The notes under the pieces: model-generated
Told to the model about the DNA's origin: nothing
Databases searched by the model: none
What the model saw: the letters and a program-made list of their open reading frames with translations, nothing else
In this document: positions 47,301-58,450 of the stretch, piece by piece
Layout: each line of letters opens with the position of its first letter
Numbering within the stretch: position 1 is the stretch's first letter
Program-made: the position numbers and the translations under genes
Assembly (NCBI GenBank): GCA_010093605.1
Contig: MU004182.1
Location: forward strand, 2,651,195 to 2,715,194
DNA: 64,000 nt
Source: Lophium mytilinum
Taxonomy: Eukaryota
Direction: 5' to 3'

Positions 47301-48128
47301 CTACGCAAACAACATGACGAGCGCCACCATACCCCCCGCGGCCCCCATGACGACCGCGCCCGTCTTCGCAGCCGCACCGCCGGTGGACGTCGTGCTGCTG
47401 GCTGGCGTCTTCCCAGCCGCTGTCGCCGCAGCTGTCGTCGGCGACTTGGTAATCACAGCCGCAGTAGCCGAGTCCACGGCGGAACTGGGTGCGACCAACG
47501 TTGCGTCCAGCTCCCAGTATGACGTGTAAGCAGACGCAGCGCACGACATGGTGGCGTAGGAGTCGCCGTTCATGTCGAGGGCGTCGGTGGCACAGTACGG
47601 CAGCGCCGTGTCAGTGCTACAGTGATTTCACGTCAGCGGGAGTAACTTTCTTTGACTGATGAAACATCGTTTTGCGAAGAAAGGAGGAACGGGCCGCTGA
47701 GAAGCAAGATGACGAGGAGGGCGGAGCATGCACGTACCAAGCAAGCACTTCACTATCTGTTGAGCATGCCGGGTCCGCCGAGCAAGAGGATAGGTCCCCG
47801 TATCCCACGCAGCTGGTCACTACATTGCAACCTGTTGCGACGCCTGCAGAGTAGCCCTTGCAACACCCACACCAACTGATTTCCGAGTTGTAGCCACACA
47901 CGTCGCCGTTATGGCAGGTGTACTGTGTGAAGTAGAAGTCGACCTCAGAGGCGCAGACATTGGTGTATCGTTTACGAGGAGGGGGCTGCTGGTGGGTTTG
48001 GGTGTGAAGCCATCTGCAGAGTAACCCTGGAGTGTCGTTGGCGTGGCTGTTGCATGCGCTATGTTCAAGGCTGTTGCAAATGACGCGAGGCTGACGGCTA
48101 TGTAAATGCGGTGGTGGAGGGTATACAT
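47301..48128 (-). CDS. Secreted Cys-rich, Ser/Thr-stalk, probably GPI-anchored protein with a reading-frame break near 47972
   Basis: Signal peptide plus GFTPKPT in one frame; KRYTNVC...TCHNGDVCGY...CGCC...C...SC...C in the adjacent frame. Intron 47617-47737 joins to TDTALPYC...; hydrophobic GPI-like tail (GGAAAKTGAVVMGAAGGMVALVMLFA). Confidence 0.75.
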
Positions 48129-48362
48129 GTTGCTTTGCGGCGCAGACAAATTGAAGGATGTGTAGATGTTAGAATGAAGGGATTGGGACGATACGCCGCA
48201 AGTGATGGATGATGTGTGATCAGGCTAATCGAGATATCACGTGTAGGTCACGTGTTTCGCAAATTGTACTTCAACTTTTTTTTCCCAGTTATTCGGGAAG
48301 ATGAATCATGATAAAAGATAAATTTCAATATCTTGTTCGATATCTATAGTACTCTACAGTAG

Positions 48363-49622
48363 CTACACCCTCTCCCTCAGCTTCCACCCGGTCTTCGACA
48401 CACGCGCGGCAACGAGCACGAAACTTCCCGCAACCATCATACTCCCAGCGAACACCTGGGCGTACAAGTACGCCCCGTCCGCCTTCTCGATAAGCGCACC
48501 TCCTATTGGACTACCTATCAGAGACGCAATGCCGACAACGCTAAACCCCATCCCGATCCGGATGCCCACTCTTTTAGGATCTGAGTTCAGGCTCGCAAGG
48601 GCGGCTTGGAGTAAGCTCTGCACGCCGGCGCCGAAGAAGCCGTAGAAGATGGTGAAGACGGTGACGCCGGCGACGGAAGAGATGGAGATCCAAATAAAGA
48701 GGAACGCGCCCGCAAAGAGCATGACTGGAATGAAGGTGTTGATAGGGCCGAGGAGCCTATCCGCTATCAGCGCTGGGACAAGACGCCCAGGCACACCCAC
48801 GCCGTTGACGAGGAGGATGAGGTTGAAGGAGGTGCGTTCTGAGACGTGAAGGACGTTTCGAGAGAACGGACGGACGTAGAAGTACGCCAGCCAGACGCCG
48901 ATGAAGCCGAAGAACATGCTGATGTTGTAGAGAAGGTAGGGGGGCTCGGCGAATGCTTTCCACTCAACCAGCGGGCCTCGTTTCCGTTTCCCGGGCTTCG
49001 ACGCGGCGAGGGAGAGGATGATGAAGGCGTTGAAGAGCATCACAAAGCCCATGATTCGCACGGTCCATGGGAAATTGATGCGATGCAGGAGTGTGAGGGC
49101 GATTGCAGGGAATACCATCCCGCCCGTCGCACCGCCGCATGCTACGCTCGAGATGGCCATGACGCGCCATTTATTACCGGCGAAGTGCGTCGCGGCGTTG
49201 GCGACGGCGGGACAGAAGACTAGGCCGTCACCCAGGCCTTTGCAGATGCCTTGGGAAAGAAGGAGTTGCCAGTACTGTGTACTCACCGAGCTCGTGAATA
49301 TCCCAACGATTTGGAGGGATAGGCCGGCGAATAGGGTGAGCCGGTAATGGCCTAGGTCCAGAGTGCGGCCGGAAAATGTGCCGACAAAATAGACAAGGAA
49401 GACTTGAGAAGATCCAATCCAGGAGATTGTGGATGGGGGAAGGTCGAGTGTGGTGGAGTAGTATTGTTGAAAGATTCCGAAGGCGTTGATGAAACCAAAG
49501 GAGTTGAAGACGCAGAGGTGGGATACTAGAACCTGAAGCCAGGCATCCCATTCGCTTTCGATGGGTTTTGCATCTTCTTCTAGCGCAATGTTTGCTTCAT
49601 CTGCATGATATTGGGCGGACAT
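48363..49622 (-). CDS. MFS monocarboxylate-porter family transporter (Mch5-like)
   Basis: AWLQVLVSHLCVFNSFGFINAFGIFQQYY, ISWIGS, YWQLLLSQGICKGLG, GVPGRLVP, IGIRIGM; first in-frame ATG at 49622. Confidence 0.92.
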   Translation of the reverse strand: MSAQYHADEANIALEEDAKPIESEWDAWLQVLVSHLCVFNSFGFINAFGIFQQYYSTTLDLPPSTISWIGSSQVFLVYFVGTFSGRTLDLGHYRLTLFAGLSLQIVGIFTSSVSTQYWQLLLSQGICKGLGDGLVFCPAVANAATHFAGNKWRVMAISSVACGGATGGMVFPAIALTLLHRINFPWTVRIMGFVMLFNAFIILSLAASKPGKRKRGPLVEWKAFAEPPYLLYNISMFFGFIGVWLAYFYVRPFSRNVLHVSERTSFNLILLVNGVGVPGRLVPALIADRLLGPINTFIPVMLFAGAFLFIWISISSVAGVTVFTIFYGFFGAGVQSLLQAALASLNSDPKRVGIRIGMGFSVVGIASLIGSPIGGALIEKADGAYLYAQVFAGSMMVAGSFVLVAARVSKTGWKLRERV

Positions 49623-50013
49623 CTCTATTGGAGCATTGCCATGGTGTTTTTGGCCGCTTAATGCGGTCCAAGGTGCGCTCTGGGGAGTAGCCACGATATC
49701 TAAACCGGGAAAAGAATGTGAATAACTGTCTCGCGTCGCCGGAGTTTCATAGATACCTATGTCACAAATGTTGAAGAACGATGAAAGAGTCACGGTGGTT
49801 GGAACAAAAGTTATGAGTTTTAGCGCCAATGCTGACGTGATCGCACTCGGCTTGAATCTTTCGCCTCGCACCGTCTTTCCGTTAACAAACAACAACTTGT
49901 CTCATCAGATTCATCAAGAATATCAAGTGCATCATTCCCAATTCGAGATAGCCTATTAAGATACCGAAATACAACTCCGAAACGAGGTCGTGATCCATCA
50001 TTGAACCCAACGT

Positions 50014-51590
50014 TCATTCAGGAACAGTCGTCTCAGGGATCTGGTGGTCTTTGGCCTCAACACCCGCTTTCCACCGATATTTGGAGCCCGCATGCTCCGG
50101 CAGAGGACCACTCTGGCCAGGGAGCCTATAGATATTCTCTCGGTACGTTCCGCCTGGGACTGCGTAGTCATCCCAGAATTCGCCTCGCGCCCGCAATTCA
50201 GGCAACAGAAGCTCCGCTACATCGATGAAGCTTTGCGGTTTGATCGCGTATGCCTATCAACACCGTTAAGATAGGTCTGCGATCTGTAGGAAGTGTACTC
50301 ACGATGTTGAAACCATCCACGTCTGCTTCCCGGACCCATCTTTCGAACTCATCTGCAACTTGAGCTGGAGTTCCTACTACAGTGGCTCCTAGCCCACCGA
50401 CAGTGATGTGCTTCGCAACGGTATGCTTTGTCCACTTCTTGACACCTGGAGCTGCTTTGGACCAGGCCTCTACAGCAGACCTACTCAAGATTTAGTCCCG
50501 CCGTGAAAGCTACGAGGAGCTTTACGTACCGAATGGCGTTGCTTTCCACATTACGAAGCTCTTCCTCGTCCCCGTATTTGGCCAAATCTACGCCAGTCCA
50601 TCCGCCGAATAGTGTCAGAGCTCCCTCGATAGACCCGTACTTCGAGTAGTCCTCGAACTTAGCAGCTGCTTCCTCTTCGGTTCGGCCGATGACTGGGGTA
50701 ATTAACGCCAGGAACTTGACATTCTGGGGGTCTCTGCCAAACTCCTTGGCAAGATCCCGAATCTCTTTGACATTCTTTGCGATTACAGAAGGGCTGTGGC
50801 CAGCTACGAAGATGGCCTCTGCGTGTCGAGCTGCAAAGGTTTTCCCGGCTTTTGAAGTTCCAGCCTGAAGCAAGACAGGTGTTCGTTGGGGACTGGGCTG
50901 ACAGATATGCGGACCTGGGACTTGGTAGTACTTTCCCTTGTGGTTGATTTCCCGAATGCGGTCTGGGTAAGAGTAGATTCCCTTCTTCCTATCCAAAACC
51001 ACTGCATCGTCTCTCCAGGACGACTCCCAGAGCTTGTACATGACTTGTAGGTATTCATCGGCCATGGCATATCGCTCATCGTGGGCAGGCTGCTCTGAGT
51101 TTGTGAGATTGCGAGCCGCTGAGTCTAAATATCCCGTTACGATGTTCCAGCCAAGTCTTCCTTTTGTGAGGTGATCAACGGTGGAGAGTCGTCTAGCGAG
51201 ATGATACGGCTGCTCATATGTGGTAGCAACCGTGACGCCAAAACCGATACTCTTGGTCACTGCTGCCATCGCCGAGAGGACTGCGAGCGGCTCATTTGTC
51301 GGCCATTGCGCGCCAGATCGAATTGCGTGGTCTAGATTTCGAGGGCCGTCGTACACGTCGTAGCCTCCGAGCACATCAGCAATGAATATTCCATGGATCT
51401 TTGCAGCCTCCAAGATTTTGGCTAGTTCGACCCAATGCTCTACATCGTTGAATTCGGACGAATGGTCATCGGGGTGCTGCCACAGTCCAGGAGACTGATG
51501 CCCGCTGCACATCATTACGAAGGCATTGAGGATCAAGCTCTTCTTCTTTGGCGCGCCATTTGATCTATCGGGGATTTCGGTTGAAGCCAT
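50014..51590 (-). CDS. Luciferase-like FMNH2-dependent monooxygenase, NtaA/DszA/DmoA/LadA family
   Basis: LNAF...GHQSPGLW, GIFIADVLGGYDVY, EQPYHLARRLSTVDHLTKGRLGWNIVTGYL, PSPQRTPVLLQAGTS, DVDGFN; introns 50481-50529 and 50254-50302. Confidence 0.95.
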
Positions 51591-52501
51591 TTTCACGACC
51601 TGTTACTGAAGCTGTTCGACTTTGGAAAGGGCTTCTCTTTGACTTGAGTTAGCGACGAAGCACTCGAGCGTGTTACGTGGGATCTGGGGAAGCAATGACG
51701 CACCAGGCAGCCCAGCATATGCACGAATAATAAGCTTCGTTTTTCTCCGGAGTTCGAGATTCCACTCAAAGTCGCATCATTGCATTCTTTTTCCGTGGAA
51801 GAGCTGGATTGTCCAATGGTTTGAAGCACGCCGGATGGGGTGGATGCCAAGCCGGTCTCTTTGTGGACCATTGCGTGCTTTGGCGATCTGTTTGGCAATT
51901 GTACCCCAACATCACATCATCCTCAACACCGTGGCGATCTTATCAATTGCATCCACTAAATGATGCCTAGGGAAATAGATCGTTGTCTAGTCGACTCTTT
52001 CTTGTATGCCAATAGCCCTTTAACCTCCCGTCGTCCACTTAGCTTAATACGTGACGGGCTACATAATCACCTCATCCCTGCTCATCACCGCCAATGCGCC
52101 TCTGGTCATCATGAAACCGCATTCAAGATACTCACTCATGCTTTTTTCGGTCGGAAGCCCGTGATTCCGGCACATTCCCGTCGTCAAAAGGTCTAGATCT
52201 CCAGATACCGCAGACATGGTCCTGGATAGAGCAATGGCGCAGGCATCGATCGGGCGCACTCCGATTACGGGGCCCCGGTAGCATGTCAGCGCCTTGTACG
52301 CGCTATCAGTCAGACAGTGGGACGAGGGTACATGAGGTGCTTTGGAAATTTCCGATCGGCAGTGAAGGACCCAAAGGGGTGGATCTATATCTTGCTGCCG
52401 ACCCACCTTTTCAGTCAATTCTGCGTCCTGGGCATTTCTCAAACACGTCCAACGCATCTCTCCTCTCGTGATTTTAGCTGCACTGAATCACAATCGCAAT
52501 C

Positions 52502-54888
52502 ATGCTAGACACTCGCGATGAAGCCGTCATTGCGGTTCCTCCTCCGCTGTCCCAGGCCGTTGGGTACATCGTGGTCGTGGTCATAGGGCTTGTCATCGCT
52601 TTCAGTGAGTCAATCTTTAGTCGAACAACACAGAATACTGAAGCGTTGTAGCCATGGTCTTTGTCACTCGTGTACTGAAGCGTACCGTGGGCGAAGATAA
52701 CGAAAAGACAGAGATGTAAGTCCACTCTGATTCCGGGATTGATCTTTTGCTTATGGTATTTTTAGGTTCATGACCGCCAATCGCAGCGTCAAGACAGGCT
52801 TGACAGCTTCTGCTGTAGTCTCTGTGCGTATAGATGCTCCACCATTTTCACGTCTTTTATCTGATTATTTCCCAGTCATGGCTCTGGAGTACCGCTATGC
52901 TGGGGTCTTCTCTCGTCGGATATGTCAATGGTGTTGCTGGACCATTCTGGTTTGCAGCTGGATGTAGTCCCATGATTGTTTTCTTTGCAGTGCTGGGCAT
53001 ATCCTGCAAGCGAAAGATTCCAGAAGCGCATACTCTTCTGGAAATCGTCCGGATACGTTATGGAACTACGGCTCACATCGTCTACATGTTCCTATGCCTT
53101 ATCAATAACCTATTCGCGAGCGCCAATATGCTGCTCGGAGCGTCCGCTGCCATTACAGCTATGTAAGCCGATCTTCTTATTTTGGAACGACTCCAGCTGA
53201 TCTTCGCAGGACCGGTATGCACATCATTGCGGCAACGTTCCTTCTTCCAGTCGGAGTTGCGCTATACACCTTCGTCGGTGGAATCAAAGCCACTTTCCTG
53301 ACCGATTATTTGCACACTTTTACTATTCTCATCATTCTGTGCTACTTCTCAGTCAAAGCCTTCACATTAGAGGAGGTTGGATCTCTTGAAAACCTGTACA
53401 AACTTGTCCAGGCCGCCGGAGAGCGTCATCCAGTCAGCGGCAATGAGCATGGCTCGTACCTGACCATGACCTCAAAGGGAGGGATTCTTTTCGGCATCCT
53501 CCACATCTGTGCCAACTTTGGTCTGGTTATCATGGACACGAGCTTCTTCATTAAGGCGTTCTCTGCCTCGCCCAAGGCCGTAGTTCCTGGCTATGTCATT
53601 GGAGGCATTGCTTACTTTGCAATCCCGTGGGGTATGGGTACTTTGGCGAGCTCCGTTGTGCTGGGACTTGAGAATAACCCTATTTTCCCCACATACCCAC
53701 GGGTAAGTAGCCGTAGCCCCATATGAGCTGCCACCAACTGACACATTCCAGGCTATGACTAGTACAGAGGTCAGTAACGGTCTTGTACTGCCATACTTTG
53801 CCATGACCATCGCGGGTAAAGGTGGAGCTGCAGCCATTCTCATCGTCACGTTCATGGCCGTTACCTCGACACTGTCGGCTCAAGTCATTGCCGTGAGCTC
53901 GATCATTAGCTTCGACATCTACAGAACGTATATCAACCCCAAGGCTAGCGATATAGATGTCATTCGCTGGTCCCACTTCGGTGTTGTATTTTTCGCTCTC
54001 TTTGCGTCGGGCTTCTCCACGATGCTGCACTACGTTGGCGTTGACCTAGGCTGGACACTATATATGGTACTTAACCGCAGCTTGTTTCGTTACAAGTGCA
54101 TCTTTGCTAATCTTTATTGTAGCTCGGAGTCATTACATGCCCCGGCATTTTCCCAACCGCCTTCACCATTCTCTGGCGCCGACAAAGCCGCTGGGCAGCC
54201 ATTCTTTCTCCACTACTAGGGATGGCCACGGGTTTCGCCGTCTGGCTCGGCTCTGCATACGCGCTCTACGGTAGTGTCACGATCGCGACTACCGGCCAGG
54301 TCCTCCCATGCGTCTACGGCACCGTCGCCTCAGCCGCTTCCCCCATCCTGTATTCTATCTCCATCACTCTCCTGAAGCCAGAGTACTTCGATTGGGCCGA
54401 CTTCCGCAAAGAGCGCCTCGCATTCGTCATCGATCACACATCTTCGACAGCCGACGTCGAGCTCGAAGAGGAGCTTGAAGCGCAACACGTGAATTCTCAG
54501 CCGCATCTCAAGCGCTGGGGTCGCATTGCGGCGATTTGGGCGGTGGCGACGTTTTTGGGGCATTGGGTGCTTTGGCCGCTGCCGATGTATGCGTCCAAGT
54601 ACATCTTTGGGCAAAAGGTATGTTTCCCTTCGAGACCTTCCCGATGCGTCAGATACTAACCATATGTTGTAGTTTTACGCCGCTTGGGTCGTGATCTCTC
54701 TCATCTGGCTTTGGGGCACCTTGTTCATAGCAGGATTTTATCCTCTCATCGATGGACGGCAACAGTTAGCCGATGTGTTCCGCGCAATTGTGAACGGCAA
54801 GGGAAAGAAGCAAAATTCGGGCAATTCGAGTGACTTGGATAGTGGTGTAGAGGTCGTAGGAGAGGACAAAGCGGCTCAGAAATTCTAG
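52502..54888 (+). CDS. Sodium:solute symporter, Dur3/urea active transporter-like
   Basis: PPLSQAVGY, FMTANRSVKTGLTASAVVS, HTLLEIVRIRYG, VGGIKATFLTDY, GSYLTMTS, MAVTSTLSAQVIAVSSIISFDIYRTYINP; seven GT-AG introns. Confidence 0.93.
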
Positions 54889-55356
54889 ATATGGAATCGC
54901 ATGCGTTATTTCACGACGTGGTGTCTAGAGGGGCTCTGGTATAGACCGATTTATAGACCTCATTTGGCGGCACATGGACTACCTCCCTTGCAGATCGGAA
55001 TAACCTTTGAGGTGAATACAGACCGCGCAGACAGGGTCCAAAGCTTGTTTTTGAGGCGAAAGCTTCACCTGTTACTAGCCCAATCAGATACCATATTTCT
55101 CATATCAGCCAAAAGTACATTGATGTTCTGAGGGTCCAAAAGTACCAACCCGACGGCCTTTGGATGCTTCGTTTCTCGGGCAGTCCGATTATGGTTGCTT
55201 CTTTTCTGGGGACCAATGACGACATCGCCAAAGCTCACAACCAAAACCTTCGAAACTACCACTATCGCAAAGCGGATTCGAAATACAGATCACCTCTACC
55301 ATTCCTTCATTATTGCCTAAACCAAACCTCCAAACCTACCCACAAATTCCCCCAAA

Positions 55357-56103
55357 ATGCCCAAAAAACTCATCCACCTCGTCCGCCACGGCGCCGGCCT
55401 GCACGACGAAACCCACGACACCTCAATCCCCGACCCCCTCCTCACTGACCTTGGCGCCTCCCAAGCTACCGCCCTACGCGATCTCCTCGCAACTCACAAC
55501 GTCTTCCCCACTCTCGAGCTCGTCGCCTCCTCACCTCTGCGACGCTGCATCCAAACCTCTCTCATCGCATTCCAACCCTACCTTTCTTCGCACCCATCTC
55601 TGCTCCTCCTCCCGCGCTCCCAAGAATCCTCCGCCGAGCCCGCAAACACCGGGTCCTCAATCCCCGCCATCGCTGACTTCTTCAAGGACCAGCCCGTCGC
55701 GCTCGACTTCTCCATGTGCGACAGGTACCCCGAGTTCAATTCGAAGACTGGGCTGTTTGCGCCTACGACGCCGGCGCTGGAGGAGCGCGCGAAGGAGCTG
55801 AGGCGGTTGTTGAGGGAGCGGGAGGAGAGGGTGGTTGCGGTGGCGGCGCATGGGAACTTTTTGCATCACATTACGGGGATGATTGATGTGGAGGGGAAGC
55901 AGGTTGGGGGGGATTGGGAAAATGCGGAATGGAGGGTTTTTGAGTTTGTCGATGGAACGGGTGAGGGGAATGGGGTTGTGGATGTGGAGGATGGGATTGT
56001 GGAGACGGAGTGGAGTTGGAGAAGGAGGGGGGCCGAGGGGCCGAGTTTGGTTGCTGGTGGTGGAGGAGAAGGGGATGTAGAGGGTCTGGATAGGGGATGG
56101 TAA
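55357..56103 (+). CDS. Histidine phosphatase / phosphoglycerate mutase-like protein
   Basis: HLVRHG, DPLLTDLG, SSPLRRCIQT, VAAHGNFL, WENAEWR. Confidence 0.9.
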   Translation: MPKKLIHLVRHGAGLHDETHDTSIPDPLLTDLGASQATALRDLLATHNVFPTLELVASSPLRRCIQTSLIAFQPYLSSHPSLLLLPRSQESSAEPANTGSSIPAIADFFKDQPVALDFSMCDRYPEFNSKTGLFAPTTPALEERAKELRRLLREREERVVAVAAHGNFLHHITGMIDVEGKQVGGDWENAEWRVFEFVDGTGEGNGVVDVEDGIVETEWSWRRRGAEGPSLVAGGGGEGDVEGLDRGW

Positions 56104-56267
56104 AGGACGAATGGTATGAGAGATGAAGAAGGAAAGTTGATACCTAAGATGGCTTGAGTCACTATAGCTTTACATTTCTTTATAGTTCTTTGATGGCGGA
56201 CTTCTACTAAGAGTCTATTAGTGCTTTAGAACATCCAGTTCATGCCCATTGAACAATACTATAAATC

Positions 56268-56297
56268 TCACGTGACGATCACATGACCGTCACATGA
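56268..56297. promoter_or_regulatory. Three tandem E-box (bHLH-type) motifs with 11-bp period
   Basis: TCACGTGA 56268-56275, TCACATGA 56279-56286, TCACATGA 56290-56297, upstream of the MDR reductase gene. Confidence 0.5.
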
Positions 56298-56764
56298 TAT
56301 GGGAAGAAAGACGACAACGCCCAAACAAGAGGCAGAATCCATTCCGATATCGCAAACAAAGAGCCCCCTTATGCGTTCCCGCTCCGGAGTACTTCCACTC
56401 GCTACCAACGGCCTGGAGCGACCTCCATAATATTCGTGCTTAATGCCCCCCATTACGTGCCAGCAAGGATAGTAAACGTGATATGTGCCAATGCACTACC
56501 ACCTCTGCCCCTCTCCACTCCCCAGCCGGCAACCACCCAAAAAAGTATCCCTAGATAAGCCACTATCCTGTGCGATTACATAGGCAAACTGTGCGTGATT
56601 ACGCCGAAGACGCTACGGCGTGCCGGAGATACGTCAGGGCGCGCATTCTTCATAATCACGACATGGGATCTGATCTACTCGATAGTTTGGTTCTAGGCTT
56701 CTTGGTTCCTTAGTTCTCTTTTCTTCTTTTTTCTCTTCATGGCGGTTCATAAAGACGGGAAGTT

Positions 56765-58336
56765 ATGACCACGACGCCGTATTTCGATATAACTTCCGAC
56801 GGTCTTTCGGAGAGCTCGATCATGGGCGTTTGGAATTGGATAAGGCCGGTGCAGTCGAAAACTACGAAACATCGAACTTCTGTCTCTATTTCGAAGCAGG
56901 ATAAGTCGCAGGCGGAGGCCGGGATGTCGAGAGAGCGGCATGATTCGAAAGTTCGAGGCTCGGACGAGGACCTTGCGAATGGGCTCTCGAAGACTAGCAT
57001 TTCTGTCCCAGAGCCGGAACTCCCCTCTTCGCAGACGATTCTACTTCTCAAGGAAGTCAAGACACCGTATACTCTGACCCCGGACTACCCGATCCCAGTG
57101 CCTGCAAACGACAATGAGATTCTGATACGAACGCAAGTCATTGGCCTAAACCCCATCGATTGGAAAGCACCGTACGTCCCAATCTCAGATTACTCAACTC
57201 TCTCTTGACCACCCCTAAGCCCCCCAAAAAGCCACTATCAAACCTCCAGCCCCAACAAATTCTAAACTACTCACAGGGACTATAACTTCGGCATCCCCTC
57301 TCTCCCACACATATGCGGCCGCGACGCCGTCGGCATAGTCGTCCGGGCCCCCAAATCCACCACGACCTCCAACAACCCCAGCCGGATCAAAGTCGGTGAC
57401 ACTGTCATCGCAACCTCAACCGACTACCGCAACACCTCCAAATCCACCTTCCAGTCCTACATCCTCGCCTCCCTCTCCAACACCGCCCTGCTCCCCGCCT
57501 CTATCTCCCCAACTACTGGCGCCGCTCTTGGTGTCGCCTACGTCGCCGCTGTGCTCGCCCTCGGAATCTGCCTCGGCATCGACTTCTCCGCCCTCCCCCT
57601 CGCCTCCGCAGCCGCTAACAGCGCGGGCCCCCACCTCCTCGAAATCGTCTCGAAAATCCCCGACGAGAAGCTGCCCGCCGACGTGATCGCGGAGTGCCGG
57701 CGCGCGCAGCAAGAAGACGGGGAGCGGCAGTTTGCGTACGACGCGCGGAAGCCAGGGGAAGCGGGCATGGGGGATTGGATCGCGGTGTGGGGGTCGTCGA
57801 CGACGGGGTTTTTGATCTCGCAGCTGGCGAGGCTGGCGGGGTTGAGGGTGGCGCTGGTGGTGGATTTGCATAAGCATGGCGCGCGGCTGTATAGTGATGG
57901 CGCCGATTTGTTGGTGGATGCGCATGATCCCGGGCGGGCGGTGGCGGTGATTAGAGGGGTGACGCAGGGAAGGTTGAGGTTTGGGGTGGATACGGTAGGG
58001 AAGGAGACGGCGGAGCATTTGGCGGATGCGCTTGCGAATGATGAGGGGGAGGAGGGGGTGGAGAGGCATCTTGTTGGTCTTACGGGGCTGCCGAAGGAGA
58101 AGAGACCCGGGGTGGTGCATCATACCGTGCCTATCAAGCTGTTCCACGAGGTTCTAGAAGTCGGAGAGGGGCTCATGAAGTGGTTGGAGGTCCTACTCGC
58201 GGAGCAACTGCTCAAGCCACCAGAGATAGAGGTGGTGGAAGGGGGTTTGGAGAGCGTAAATGGGGCCTTGGACCGAATGAGGAGGGGAGAGATATCAGGA
58301 AAGAGGATGGTTGTAAAGTTTCCGGAAGAGTCGTAG
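56765..58336 (+). CDS. MDR superfamily (GroES-like, quinone/enoyl reductase-like) oxidoreductase
   Basis: ILIRTQVIGLNPIDWKAP|DYNFGIP...CGRDAVGIVV, WIAVWGSSTTG, LDRMRRGEISGKRMVV; intron 57172-57276; start uncertain (56765, 56822 or 56923). Confidence 0.88.
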
Positions 58337-58450
58337 TCATGGTTTGCTGATTAGGAAATAGAGGCTCTTGCATTCTCGGTATTTACTTAATCTAGAGGGG
58401 CGGGAAAATATCAACCTTCAAGACAATGTTAGCAGCCCCAAACCTTGGAT

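Noticed and set aside
51591..52501. TPP riboswitch or perfect CYS-3/AreA site array in the divergent promoter
   Set aside because: No riboswitch core (CTGAGA...GATAAT); only partial bZIP matches and scattered GATA motifs.
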